DNA from: Burkholderiales bacterium
GTDB lineage: Bacteria; Pseudomonadota; Gammaproteobacteria; Burkholderiales; Burkholderiaceae_C
DNA: 64,000 nucleotides
Assembly: GCA_947446855.1 (NCBI GenBank)
Contig: CANFIH010000001.1
Coordinates: forward strand, 11,882-75,881
Direction of reading: 5' to 3'
This document shows, piece by piece, positions 18,913-28,352 of the stretch (its first letter is position 1; every line of letters starts with the position of its first letter). Below the pieces are notes generated by a model. The model searched no databases. It saw nothing but the letters and a program-made list of their open reading frames with translations, and had not been told where the DNA came from. Both the position numbers and the translations under genes were made by a program.

Positions 18913-20371
18913 GTGATACCCCCTGTTCCACGCCGCGTACCGGCGTGGCTTTCCAAAAATAGCGCCGGAAACCGCGATTTGCATCGAAGTCCTTCACCCG
19001 GTAAACCATGCGCAAAGGCAGACCTACACACAATTCGTCCGGGTCCGTGTCGGCAAACTCCATCATCACACGCCCACCACCGTCGAAATCAATGTGACCG
19101 AACTGAAAGGGCGGGTTCGGGGTGTATCCCAAATAGTCGCTGGTGTGCGACAGCACCCGCGCGGGTCTGTCGGCCAGGCTGATGGGCGTCTGGCTGGCTT
19201 GGGCCCGGCATGCGGGATTGACGCAAAGCTGTGTTCGCGGAAACTGCACGGTGCCGCAGCTTGTGCAGCAACCACCCTCGAAACGTGCGGCCCTGGCATG
19301 GTCACGCCAGGCGGCGGTCAGTGCCGTCTTGTTATCCATCTCGGCACGCATGCCCCACTCCAGCTTGATCTGGCCGGTGAAGGACAGGTACTTCATGTAG
19401 CTGGTCTCCTTGCGACCATTGTCGGGGACGTTGCCGGGGCAGGGCACCTCGGTGCGGCGCAGCAGCAAGGCCTCGCAGCCACTGCCGAAGGCGGTGACCA
19501 GAATCAACGCGCCAGGGGATGCAGCGCGCAGTGCCGTGTCCAGCATGGCCAGGGGTTGCGCGCTGCCCAGATCGCCGACGGTCTCGTGCGCAGACGACAC
19601 CACGCCGGAGGCGGCGATGCCCAAACGCTTGGCTACCGCATCGTTCACGCGTGCCAGGGGCGTTGGCATTACAAAGTGGGCCACAGCTTCTGCGCTCACC
19701 TGGGCTTCTTTCAGGCAGGCGCGAATCGTGTTGACGGCTATCTTCATATAGCCCTCGTCGCGAACCCAGCGCTCTTCCCATCCATAGTCATAGGACTCGC
19801 CGGTCTGGCGGAAATGATCCACCAGATCGGCATGCGTGCTGTGGCTTGCGACCAGCGTTGCAATAGCTGCGCCGGTACCTAGCAACGCGCCTGCAGCGCC
19901 GTCACCCAGCACCATTTCCTGGGTGCTGGCCGGACGGGCCAGGCGCTGCTCGGCCGCCACCAGCAGTTGCGTTGCTCCGGCCTTGGGGTTGCGCAGCATC
20001 GCACCCAATTCGGTGCAGGCGGCGCGCGCGCTGGAAGATACATCTCTGACCACGGCGCTTGCATCCAGGCCCATGGCAGCCGCCACAATGCCCGCGTTCA
20101 GCCGGTCGGCAAACGGGAAGCTGGTGGAGGCAAAAGTCAGTTCACTTACCTGCGCATCCGGCAGTGCCTGTTGCAGCAAGCGTCCGGCCTCCACCGCCAT
20201 GGTGACGCTGTCCTCATCCCAGCTTGCCATGGAACGCTGGCCCTTGGCCAGGGAGCGCAGGCCGGGTGCCATCCAGCGGTGTTGCGCCAACACTTCTGAG
20301 CGTTCCAGGCGCAAGCGCGGAACGTAACGGGTGGTAGCCAGCAGGCCGTATTCAGCCTTGGAAGTATTCAT
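18905..20371 (-). CDS. HMG-CoA-synthase-like domain fused to DUF35 Zn-ribbon/OB-fold
   Basis: YVPRLR..DEDSVTMAVEA..GDGAAG N-domain; CTSC...CVNPAC and YFWKATP C-domain; overlaps thiolase start. Confidence 0.82.
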   Translation of the reverse strand: MNTSKAEYGLLATTRYVPRLRLERSEVLAQHRWMAPGLRSLAKGQRSMASWDEDSVTMAVEAGRLLQQALPDAQVSELTFASTSFPFADRLNAGIVAAAMGLDASAVVRDVSSSARAACTELGAMLRNPKAGATQLLVAAEQRLARPASTQEMVLGDGAAGALLGTGAAIATLVASHSTHADLVDHFRQTGESYDYGWEERWVRDEGYMKIAVNTIRACLKEAQVSAEAVAHFVMPTPLARVNDAVAKRLGIAASGVVSSAHETVGDLGSAQPLAMLDTALRAASPGALILVTAFGSGCEALLLRRTEVPCPGNVPDNGRKETSYMKYLSFTGQIKLEWGMRAEMDNKTALTAAWRDHARAARFEGGCCTSCGTVQFPRTQLCVNPACRAQASQTPISLADRPARVLSHTSDYLGYTPNPPFQFGHIDFDGGGRVMMEFADTDPDELCVGLPLRMVYRVKDFDANRGFRRYFWKATPVRGVEQGVSHG

Positions 20372-20404
20372 GGTTTTTGCATCTGAAAGAGGTCGTGTCG
20401 ATAC

Positions 20405-20423
20405 ACATGGTACGCTAGTATAT
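20405..20423. promoter_or_regulatory. Candidate island-wide operator, copy 2
   Basis: ACATGGTACGCTAGTATAT in the divergent 20372-20553 intergenic. Confidence 0.55.
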
Positions 20424-20553
20424 GATAAAGTTACGTTCTGATTTAAGGTAAATCAGAGGGAATGCACAAGGGTTTTCCCGAGGTGAGGGGCTTGCCGCAC
20501 CACCTTTCAGGGTCGTCGACAACACTATTCAGAAAAGAGAAGAGACATACATC

Positions 20554-21468
20554 ATGAGTAAATTACTTGAAGGCAAAGTGGCCCTGGTTACCGGCAGTGG
20601 TCGCGGTGTCGGGCGGGGTATCGCATTGGCATTGGCGCAGGCCGGAGCCAAGGTGGTGGTCAATGATCTGGGTGCCTCGCTGGATGGCACCTCCAACACC
20701 GGGCAACCCGCCAATGAGGTGGTGGCCGAGATCCTTGCCATGGGCGGCCAGGCTGTAGTGAACGGTGGGTCGGTGGCTAGTCGGCAGGACGCCGATGCGA
20801 TGGTGGAGCAGGCCGTGAGCAGCTTCGGCCGCATCGATATTGTGGTCAACAACGCCGGCATTCTGCGCGACGCCATCTTCCACCGCATGACCGAGCAGGA
20901 ATTCGACGATGTGCTGGCTGTGCACCTGAAGGGTAGTTTCAACACCAGTCGCGCCGCTGCTCCCTTCTTCAAGGCGCAGGGTGGTGGCAGCTATGTGCAC
21001 ATGACGTCCACTTCCGGTCTGATCGGCAATATGGGCCAGGCCAACTACTCGGCAGCCAAGCTGGGCATTGTGGCCCTGTCCAAATCGATTGCCATCGATA
21101 TGCAGAAGTTCAACGTGCGTTCCAACGCGATTGCGCCCTTCGCCTGGACCCGCATGGTCGGTTCCATCCCCGACGAGACGCCTGAGCAAAAAAAGCGCGT
21201 CGAGGGCTTGAAGAAGCTGGTACCTGAAAAGGTGGCACCCTTTGTGGTAGGCCTGTGCGCCGATTCCGCTGCGGACGTGAGCGGGCAGGTCTTCGGTGTT
21301 CGTAACAATGAAATCTATCTGTTCAGCCAGCCGCGCCCGATACGTTCGGCCCACCGCGGCGAGGGCTGGACGCCGGAGACGGTGCTGGATACGGCCATTC
21401 CGATGCTGCGTGCGGACTTCTACAAACTGGATCGTTCGGGTGATGTGTTTACTTGGGACCCGGTTTAG
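20554..21468 (+). CDS. SDR, MFE-2/HSD17B4-type 3-hydroxyacyl-CoA dehydrogenase-like
   Basis: TGSGRGVG, VVVNDLG, NNAGILRD, GNMGQANYSAAK. Confidence 0.82.
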   Translation: MSKLLEGKVALVTGSGRGVGRGIALALAQAGAKVVVNDLGASLDGTSNTGQPANEVVAEILAMGGQAVVNGGSVASRQDADAMVEQAVSSFGRIDIVVNNAGILRDAIFHRMTEQEFDDVLAVHLKGSFNTSRAAAPFFKAQGGGSYVHMTSTSGLIGNMGQANYSAAKLGIVALSKSIAIDMQKFNVRSNAIAPFAWTRMVGSIPDETPEQKKRVEGLKKLVPEKVAPFVVGLCADSAADVSGQVFGVRNNEIYLFSQPRPIRSAHRGEGWTPETVLDTAIPMLRADFYKLDRSGDVFTWDPV

Positions 21469-21476
21469 GGGTTTAG

Positions 21477-21493
21477 AATGTACGCTTCCTTAC
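21477..21493. promoter_or_regulatory. Candidate island-wide operator, copy 3 (upstream of marR)
   Basis: AATGTACGCTTCCTTAC; first 10 bp identical to 56626-56635. Confidence 0.5.
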
Positions 21494-21551
21494 AGTAATG
21501 CATAGGCGCTCATCGAGCCAATGATGGCTTGCCGTGTGCCGGAAAGTCACC

Positions 21552-22016
21552 TTGACAGCGCCAGTTCACACAATCGATTGGGAGCTTAGGCTCGGTTTCC
21601 TCATTCACGACGTTTCACGCCTGCGACGCAGTGCGTTTGACCGATGCCTAAAGCCTTTGAATGTGACCCGTGCCCAATGGTGGGTGCTGGCCTATTTGTC
21701 GCGTGAAGATGGCATGACCCAATCGCAATTGGCAGAGGAGCTGGACATCGGCAAGGTGGCTGTGGGTGGCCTGATTGACCGGCTGGAGAAATCAGGTCTG
21801 GTGCGTCGCGATGCCGATGCGGCAGACCGGCGGGTGAATCGGGTTTTCCTGGAGCCAAAGAGCAAGCAGTTGATTGCGCGCATGCGCAAGATCAGCCATC
21901 GCATGAATGAGCAAATTTTGGCTGGCTTAAATGATGAGCAACTGGAGGCCTCTGCTGTAACTCTGGACGCCATGAAGGCAAATTTGCTGACCTATCTGGC
22001 AGCCAACGAAATCTGA
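21552..22016 (+). CDS. MarR-family transcriptional regulator
   Basis: LGFLIHDVSRLRR, TQSQLAEEL, LIDRLEKSGLV, DRRVNRV; start uncertain (TTG 21552 or GTG 21534). Confidence 0.92.
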   Translation: MTAPVHTIDWELRLGFLIHDVSRLRRSAFDRCLKPLNVTRAQWWVLAYLSREDGMTQSQLAEELDIGKVAVGGLIDRLEKSGLVRRDADAADRRVNRVFLEPKSKQLIARMRKISHRMNEQILAGLNDEQLEASAVTLDAMKANLLTYLAANEI

Positions 22017-22062
22017 TCCTTCTGCTGCAGGACTGGGTGAAAACCCTAGCTCCAATAAATAA

Positions 22063-22079
22063 GTAATACAGTAGCATAC
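22063..22079. promoter_or_regulatory. Candidate island-wide operator, copy 4 (reverse orientation, upstream of ALDH)
   Basis: GTAATACAGTAGCATAC; its reverse complement matches 56629-56645 at 16/17 bp. Confidence 0.6.
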
Positions 22080-22169
22080 GATAATTGTCATTACGAAATA
22101 TGCCGATTTCTGGCATGTGTTTTGTGGTGCACCCATCATGCAACCCGTATTCCTTACCAGGAGCTTTTC

Positions 22170-23603
22170 ATGCAGCAGCACCAAACCTTTTTCATTGATG
22201 GCGGATGGGTCAATCCGGCATCGTCCCAGCGCATCGAAGTCATCAGCGCCACTACCGAGGAAATCATTGGCAGCGTGCCGGAAGGCAGTAATGCCGACAT
22301 TGACAAGGCGGTAGCCGCTGCGCGCCGCGCGTTAATAGATTCCACCTGGTCCAACTGCTCGCCCGCTGAACGCGGTGCCGCACTGGGGCGTTTTGCCGAC
22401 GCGCTGGAAAAGCGCGGTGCCAGGCTGGCAGAGGCGGTCAGCATCCAGAACGGCATGCCCATCAACACGGCTGATCAGCTCGAGGTCGGCTACACCGTCG
22501 CATTGATTCGCTACTACGCTGCCTTGGCCAGCAACCTGCAAGCGGAAGAAAGCCGCCCCTCGCCCCTGGGTTTCAATACGCTGGTGCGGCGTGAGCCGGT
22601 CGGTGTGGTCGGTGCCATCATTCCCTGGAACTTTCCGGTCATTCTGTCCATGATGAAGATCGGCCCGGCCTTGGCCGCCGGTTGCACCATCGTTCTCAAG
22701 CCCTCACCCGGCACCGTGCTGGACAGCTACATCGTGGCCGAGGCTGCGGAAGAGGCGCAGTTCCCTGCAGGCGTTATCAATTGGGTGCCTGGTGGCCGTG
22801 AACTGGGTGCTTACCTGGTTTCGCATCCGGGTGTGGACAAGGTCGCCTTCACCGGTTCCACCGCGGCAGGCCGCTCCATTGGCGAAGTTTGCGGCCGCTT
22901 GCTGCGTCCGGTCAGCCTGGAACTGGGCGGCAAGTCGGCCTCCATCATTCTGGAAGACGCCAACATCGACGCCGTACTGGCGGGGCTGCCTGCTGCCTCT
23001 CTGACCAGCAATGGCCAGGCTTGCTTTTCCTGCACCCGCATTCTGGTGCCCAACAGCCGCTACCAGGAATTTGTCGATGCGATTGCTGCCACGGTGTCCG
23101 CCTATGTCGTGGGTGACCCGCTGGACCGTGCCACGCAAATCGGCCCCATGGGTTCTGCCATTCACCGTGACCGCGTCGAGGGCTATATTGCCAAGGGCAA
23201 GACCGAAGGCAAGCTGGTCGCCGGCGGACGTGCCAGTGGCCAGGCGCGTGGCTGGTTTGTGCAGCCCACGGTATTCGCGGATGTGAGCAATGCCGCCACG
23301 ATTGCCCAGGAAGAAATTTTTGGCCCGGTGCTCTCCATTATTCGTTACGCGGACGACAACGAGGCCATCCGCATTGCCAATGATTCGGCCTATGGCCTGG
23401 GCGGCTCCGTCTGGTCGGCAGACCATGCGCGGGCCTTCGGTATGGCACGCCGCATGTCCACAGGCACGGTCGGCATCAATGGCTATATGCCCGACCTGAA
23501 TGCGCCTTTTGGTGGCATCAAGGCCAGCGGTCTTGGCCGTGAGATGGGGCCGGAATCGGTAGCCGCCTACCAGCAAATGAAGTCGATGTACGTGCTGGGC
23601 TAA
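22170..23603 (+). CDS. geoB: Aldehyde dehydrogenase, GeoB-like (geranial/perillaldehyde dehydrogenase)
   Basis: IIPWNFP, FTGSTAAG, LELGGKS, GQACFSCTRI, EEIFGPV; QNGMPIN.ADQLE and GYMPDLNAPFGG resemble recalled GeoB (symbol tentative). Confidence 0.75.
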   Translation: MQQHQTFFIDGGWVNPASSQRIEVISATTEEIIGSVPEGSNADIDKAVAAARRALIDSTWSNCSPAERGAALGRFADALEKRGARLAEAVSIQNGMPINTADQLEVGYTVALIRYYAALASNLQAEESRPSPLGFNTLVRREPVGVVGAIIPWNFPVILSMMKIGPALAAGCTIVLKPSPGTVLDSYIVAEAAEEAQFPAGVINWVPGGRELGAYLVSHPGVDKVAFTGSTAAGRSIGEVCGRLLRPVSLELGGKSASIILEDANIDAVLAGLPAASLTSNGQACFSCTRILVPNSRYQEFVDAIAATVSAYVVGDPLDRATQIGPMGSAIHRDRVEGYIAKGKTEGKLVAGGRASGQARGWFVQPTVFADVSNAATIAQEEIFGPVLSIIRYADDNEAIRIANDSAYGLGGSVWSADHARAFGMARRMSTGTVGINGYMPDLNAPFGGIKASGLGREMGPESVAAYQQMKSMYVLG

Positions 23604-23628
23604 AACCCTCCGCTCCTCTGGAGCACCC

Positions 23629-23661
23629 AAGCCCTTGCGCTGCCTGTCAACGCAAGGGCTT
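23629..23661. terminator. Probable bidirectional intrinsic terminator
   Basis: AAGCCCTTGCG-N11-CGCAAGGGCTT perfect 11-bp inverted repeat between convergent ALDH and LuxR genes. Confidence 0.65.
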
Positions 23662-26486
23662 TATTTCGCCAGCAGATTCAACACCCTGGACTTGGCCAGG
23701 GCCGCAGAGCGGTTGCGCACCCCTAGTTTGGAATACAGGTTTTGTAGATGCCACTTCACGGTGGTCAGCGAGACATCGATGTGGTCGGCAATTTGCTGGT
23801 TGGACAGGCCTACGTCGATGTAGCCTAGCAGTTCCAGTTCGCGCGCTGTTAGCTGCGTGAGCAGTTGGGGATCCTCCTCGTGCAGGGACGCGATCTTGTC
23901 AAACAGCGACTGGTTGGCAAAGTTCAAGTCCCGGCAGCGGTCTACAAAGAAGCGTCGTTCATCCGCCGTGGCAAAACCCCAGGCATTGACCTTGGTATCC
24001 GCCACCACCGCAGCCAGTGTTTCCGCCTGCTCCTTGAAGGGCCGCACGATGCCGTGGCTGGCCGCTGTACGCACCGCCTGGGTGATGTGCCGCACGGCCA
24101 TTGCCTGCTGGTGGCCGCGCAGGGCCAGCGTGGCCGAGGCCAGGGCCAGCTCCACCAGCCGCAGGGCGCAGTTGGCGGCTTTGGCGTGGCGTGTTTCCTC
24201 GGCAATGAGCACTTCTGCCTGCTTGGGCTTTGAGCTTGCCATCAGCATGGCGAGACGGCAGTCTTCAATCAGGGCATCGAGCTGCGGAATCTGCGCTTCA
24301 TGCGCGCTGCGCTGGTAAACGCCGCTGCCGCCCTGCTCGAGGCCAATGCGCTCGGCCTCCTCGCGCGCCTCGTCCGGCCTGCCCAGCACCAGCAGTCGCC
24401 GTATCAGGTAGCAGGACAGCATCAGCGACAGGCGCGGCGCATAGGCGCCGGCAATTTCGCGCAGCTGCAACAGTGAGATGCGCCCGTCCGAGCCACCCTG
24501 CCAGAGCAGCACGGCGGCCTCAAGGCCGCAGGCAGCGGCCTCCAGAAAACCGTGGGTGCGCGATGTCCGGCTGCCCAGTTCGAATAGCAGCCAAGCCTCT
24601 TCATGCAGACCCATCTCGGCTGCGCATTTGGCGGCAACCATGGCCATGGTTCCGCATATGCCGGTCTCGTCGCCCAGCTTGGCACGGGTGGTATCCAATG
24701 CGGGCACCAGTTCGGAATAGGCTGCTGCAAAGTGGCCTTCATAGATCAGGATCAGGGCCGCGTAGGAGGCCACCCAGCCGTCCACATACGGGCTGTTGAC
24801 CTGAAAGGCCGCCTCGCGCGCCGCGTTCAGGGCCTTGCGCGCCTCGACAAAACGGAAGGCACTGGAAAAGTAGCCGCATTCGATGCAGTTGGCGGCTGCA
24901 AAATTGAAGGGGTCATCGGTGCCGAATGTGGCATCGGCCAGCCAGCTGGATGCGCCCACATGGGCCTCTTGCATATGGTCGCTCAGGCTGTCTATGGAGG
25001 CGCGCAGGATTGCAATCCTGCGCTGCAGGCTATTTCTGGTATCGGTCTCGGACTTTCGGCCCTGTTTCTTAAGACGCAGTGCGAGCTCGGCACTCTGGCG
25101 CCTGGCGTAGTCGTAACGTCTGTGAAAGGCCAGTGCCCAGACAAACCAGTATTCGGCCTCGGGCCCGGCCTTGTGACCCAGCGCATGCAGGGTCTCCATC
25201 CACTGGATGTACTGCAGGATCAGCCCGCTGTTGCGGATGCAGGAGGGGGCTATGCGTTCCAGTATCTGGCTGGCCGTGGTGGCAGACTGGGAGGCCAGCG
25301 CGTACTCCACCGATTCGCGCCAGAAACCATTTTTTTCGCACCAGTGTGCGGCCCGGGTCAGCACCAACTGGCGTCTGGCCGCGGTCAGCGTGGTTTCGGC
25401 CTCACGCACGAGGTACTCGCGAAACAGCCCGTGCAAGCGATACCAGCTTCGATTGCGGTCCAGCGGAATCACAAAAACATTGCGCTCCAGCAGATAGGTC
25501 AGGTGGTCCCTGGCACGCTCGTCGCCCATCACATGGCAGCACAGCTCCAGATTGAAGGTGCGCAGCTGCGCAATGCAAAACAGGAAGTCGCGCACCTCTG
25601 CCGGAAAGGCCGACAACACCCGCCGGTTCAGCAAGCGTGCAAGCCCCTCGTCCGAGCCGGAAAATTCCTTCAGTGCCAGGCGTGGATCGTCTGCGCTGGA
25701 CAAGATGATTTGCACCATACGCACCGCGGCGGGCCAGCCCTCGGTCTGGCGTGCAATGTCTTCCACGCCCTGGCGACCAATGAGGGCAGCCACATGGCTA
25801 CCCAGCAGCCTGGCAATATCGTCGGCACCGAAGCTCAGGTCAGCCGGTCCAATCTGCCGCACCAGCCCCTGCAACTGCGCATTGCCCATATCCAGGGGAA
25901 TGTCTCTGGTGCTGGACAGCACCAGTTGCCGGGATGCATGGGTTTGAAAAACCAGTTTGTTTAGCAAGGGTCCCATCTCCGCGTCGTCACAGCAGTTGAT
26001 GTTGTCTATGAAGATCGTGAGGGGCAGCTGGTAGTGGTTGATCAGCGCTATGAGTTCATCAATGCGGCTTTCCACCGTCGGATGCCCGCGAAACAGTGCT
26101 TGGGTGGGGTGCAGATTCAGCAGTGGCCCGTGCAGCAAACTTTCCAGTGCGCTGACAACGCTCTCTACCGCAGTGTCCCGGTCGTCCAGTGCAAACCAGA
26201 GGCATTGGCGTCCGGTGCGCTTCAACTCGGCCAGCATCATGGACATCAGCACCGTCTTGCCATAGCCCACCGGTGCCCGCACAAGCAGGGCCTTGGACGC
26301 CACGCTATTGAGTGCCTTGAGATGCTCCAGTACCCGGGTGCGCAGGGGTTGAAACATGAAGATGGGCGGATCGGTGCGTCCTACGGTGCGCTCTGCCTCT
26401 GCAACCAGCGCACTTACCTTGGTGTTTTGCCACATTGCGCACGGGCTCCTGTTGTTGTGTCTGCTTTTCGCCAGCGGTATTCGCAC
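23661..26486 (-). CDS. MalT/AlkS-like large ATP-binding LuxR regulator
   Basis: APVGYGKT Walker A, TEGWPAA, C-terminal LTARE...GLSNQQIA...TVKWHLQNLYSKLGV HTH; start uncertain. Confidence 0.9.
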   Translation of the reverse strand: MRIPLAKSRHNNRSPCAMWQNTKVSALVAEAERTVGRTDPPIFMFQPLRTRVLEHLKALNSVASKALLVRAPVGYGKTVLMSMMLAELKRTGRQCLWFALDDRDTAVESVVSALESLLHGPLLNLHPTQALFRGHPTVESRIDELIALINHYQLPLTIFIDNINCCDDAEMGPLLNKLVFQTHASRQLVLSSTRDIPLDMGNAQLQGLVRQIGPADLSFGADDIARLLGSHVAALIGRQGVEDIARQTEGWPAAVRMVQIILSSADDPRLALKEFSGSDEGLARLLNRRVLSAFPAEVRDFLFCIAQLRTFNLELCCHVMGDERARDHLTYLLERNVFVIPLDRNRSWYRLHGLFREYLVREAETTLTAARRQLVLTRAAHWCEKNGFWRESVEYALASQSATTASQILERIAPSCIRNSGLILQYIQWMETLHALGHKAGPEAEYWFVWALAFHRRYDYARRQSAELALRLKKQGRKSETDTRNSLQRRIAILRASIDSLSDHMQEAHVGASSWLADATFGTDDPFNFAAANCIECGYFSSAFRFVEARKALNAAREAAFQVNSPYVDGWVASYAALILIYEGHFAAAYSELVPALDTTRAKLGDETGICGTMAMVAAKCAAEMGLHEEAWLLFELGSRTSRTHGFLEAAACGLEAAVLLWQGGSDGRISLLQLREIAGAYAPRLSLMLSCYLIRRLLVLGRPDEAREEAERIGLEQGGSGVYQRSAHEAQIPQLDALIEDCRLAMLMASSKPKQAEVLIAEETRHAKAANCALRLVELALASATLALRGHQQAMAVRHITQAVRTAASHGIVRPFKEQAETLAAVVADTKVNAWGFATADERRFFVDRCRDLNFANQSLFDKIASLHEEDPQLLTQLTARELELLGYIDVGLSNQQIADHIDVSLTTVKWHLQNLYSKLGVRNRSAALAKSRVLNLLAK

Positions 26487-26633
26487 CGGAGATTTTGTTT
26501 GTGGCGCCGGATTGCGACGCGCACCCCCCTATCTTAGGCCTGTCTGTAGGCAAACCCCTCCCAAAGTACGGGTGTCTTTCTCCCTCCCCATCCTAGACTG
26601 GCGCCGGTCACCAAGATTACAAAGAGGAAACAC

Positions 26634-27890
26634 ATGACAAGCCTGCAAACCGATGCGGAGATCGCCCGCACCATCCCCCTGGACCAGATCGACGTTAGCG
26701 CGCCCGATCTCTATGTGCGCGATGCACTGCACCCGTACTTTGCACGCCTGCGTGCGGAGGCACCCGTGCACTACTGCAAGGAAAGCGCCTACGGACCTTA
26801 CTGGTCCATCACCAAGTTCAATGACATCGTTGCCATTGACACCAACCACAAGGTGTTCTCTTCTGACCACAGCGTGGGCAGCTTTGTGCTGGATGACACC
26901 ACGCTGAACGCGGTGGACGGCGGCATCAGCCTGCCCAACTTCCTGGGCATGGACCCACCCACGCACGACATCCACCGCATGGCGGTGAGTCCCATCGTGG
27001 CACCGCAGAATCTGGTCCGATTTGAATCCACCATCCGCGAGCGCACCCGCCGTGTGCTGGATGCGTTGCCGGTCGGCGAGACCTTCAACTGGGTGGACCG
27101 GGTTTCCATCGAGCTGACCACGATGATGCTGGCCACGCTGCTCGACTTCCCCTTTGAAGACCGCCGCAAACTGACACGCTGGTCGGATGTGGTGACCACG
27201 CGTCCCGGTTACGGTCTGGTCGATAGCTGGGAACAGCGCGAGACCGAATTGAAGGAATGTCTGGCCTACTTCCAGGGCCTCTATGCCGAGCGCAAAAAAC
27301 TGCCGCCGCAGCCGGATCTGATCTCCATGCTGGCCCATGCGCCCTCCATGCAGGACCTGGGCCCCGAGGAGTTCCTGGGCATCCTGGTGCTGCTGATCGT
27401 AGGTGGCAATGACACCACCCGCAGCTCCATGTCGGGCAGCGCCATGGCCTGGCACCAGTACCCCGAAGAGTTTGCCAAGGCCAGCGCCAACCGCGACCTG
27501 ATCGCCAGCATGATTCCCGAGATCGTGCGTTGGCAGACACCGATCGCCCACATGCGCCGCACTGCCCTGGAGGATATTGAGTTCCGCGGTCAGCAGATCC
27601 GCAAGGGCGACAAGGTGGTGATGTGGTACCTGTCGGGCAACCGCGACGAGGAAGTGATCAGCCGCCCTATGGACTTTATTGTGGACCGTCCACGCGCCCG
27701 CCACCACCTGTCCTTCGGCTTCGGCATCCACCGCTGCCTGGGCAACCGTCTGGCCGAACTGCAACTGCGCGTGCTCTGGGAGGAAGTGTTCAACCGTTTC
27801 TCGCGTATCGAGTTGATGGGTGAACCGGTGCGTGTGCCCTCCAACCTGATCCACGGCTTCATCGACATTCCGGTGCGCCTGCACAAATAA
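26634..27890 (+). CDS. Cytochrome P450, CYP153 family
   Basis: [11 protein letters not shown]-helix (CYP153-type), [24 protein letters not shown] heme motif. Confidence 0.92.
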   Translation: MTSLQTDAEIARTIPLDQIDVSAPDLYVRDALHPYFARLRAEAPVHYCKESAYGPYWSITKFNDIVAIDTNHKVFSSDHSVGSFVLDDTTLNAVDGGISLPNFLGMDPPTHDIHRMAVSPIVAPQNLVRFESTIRERTRRVLDALPVGETFNWVDRVSIELTTMMLATLLDFPFEDRRKLTRWSDVVTTRPGYGLVDSWEQRETELKECLAYFQGLYAERKKLPPQPDLISMLAHAPSMQDLGPEEFLGILVLLIVGGNDTTRSSMSGSAMAWHQYPEEFAKASANRDLIASMIPEIVRWQTPIAHMRRTALEDIEFRGQQIRKGDKVVMWYLSGNRDEEVISRPMDFIVDRPRARHHLSFGFGIHRCLGNRLAELQLRVLWEEVFNRFSRIELMGEPVRVPSNLIHGFIDIPVRLHK

Positions 27891-27950
27891 AGCCATTGCC
27901 CGATGCCGTTCACGGCATCGGGAGCCACCCCCTCAAGAAAATTTTCGAAC

Positions 27951-28274
27951 ATGCCAAAAATCATCTTCATTTCCGCCAATGGCACAGAACGTACCGTTGA
28001 AGCCGCCGAAGGCACCACCGTCATGGACGCGGCCACCCAGAACCTGGTGCCCGGCATTGACGCCGACTGCGGCGGTTCCGCCGCATGCGGCACCTGCCAT
28101 GTCTATGTAGACCCGGCCTGGACCGGAAAAACGGGCCCCGCAACGCCCGGCATCGAGCAGGACATGCTGGCGCTCACCGACAACGCCGAGCCCAGCAGCC
28201 GCCTGGCCTGCCAGATCCGCATGACCCCGGCGCTGGACGGACTGGTTCTGCGCATACCCGCAAACCAACACTAA
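27951..28274 (+). CDS. [2Fe-2S] ferredoxin (putidaredoxin/adrenodoxin type)
   Basis: DADCGGSAACGTCHVY...SRLACQI; start MPKIIF. Confidence 0.92.
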   Translation: MPKIIFISANGTERTVEAAEGTTVMDAATQNLVPGIDADCGGSAACGTCHVYVDPAWTGKTGPATPGIEQDMLALTDNAEPSSRLACQIRMTPALDGLVLRIPANQH

Positions 28275-28288
28275 GCCTGAACGCCCTT

Positions 28289-28321
28289 GCAGCCGCAGGA
28301 AGCATTGCTTCTTGCGGTTGC
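28289..28321 (+). other. Intra-operon stem-loop after P450-ferredoxin
   Basis: GCAGCCGCAGGAAGC-ATT-GCTTCTTGCGGTTGC, 15-bp stem with two G-U pairs, no U tract. Confidence 0.55.
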
Positions 28322-28352
28322 GCCCGCTTGCCTGCACGAGGAGACATAAAAA

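Noticed and set aside
12018-20371. Steroid side-chain degradation or mevalonate/DAPG biosynthesis
   Set aside because: No ketosteroid dehydrogenase/isomerase, HMG-CoA reductase or type III PKS; HMGS catalytic residues appear absent
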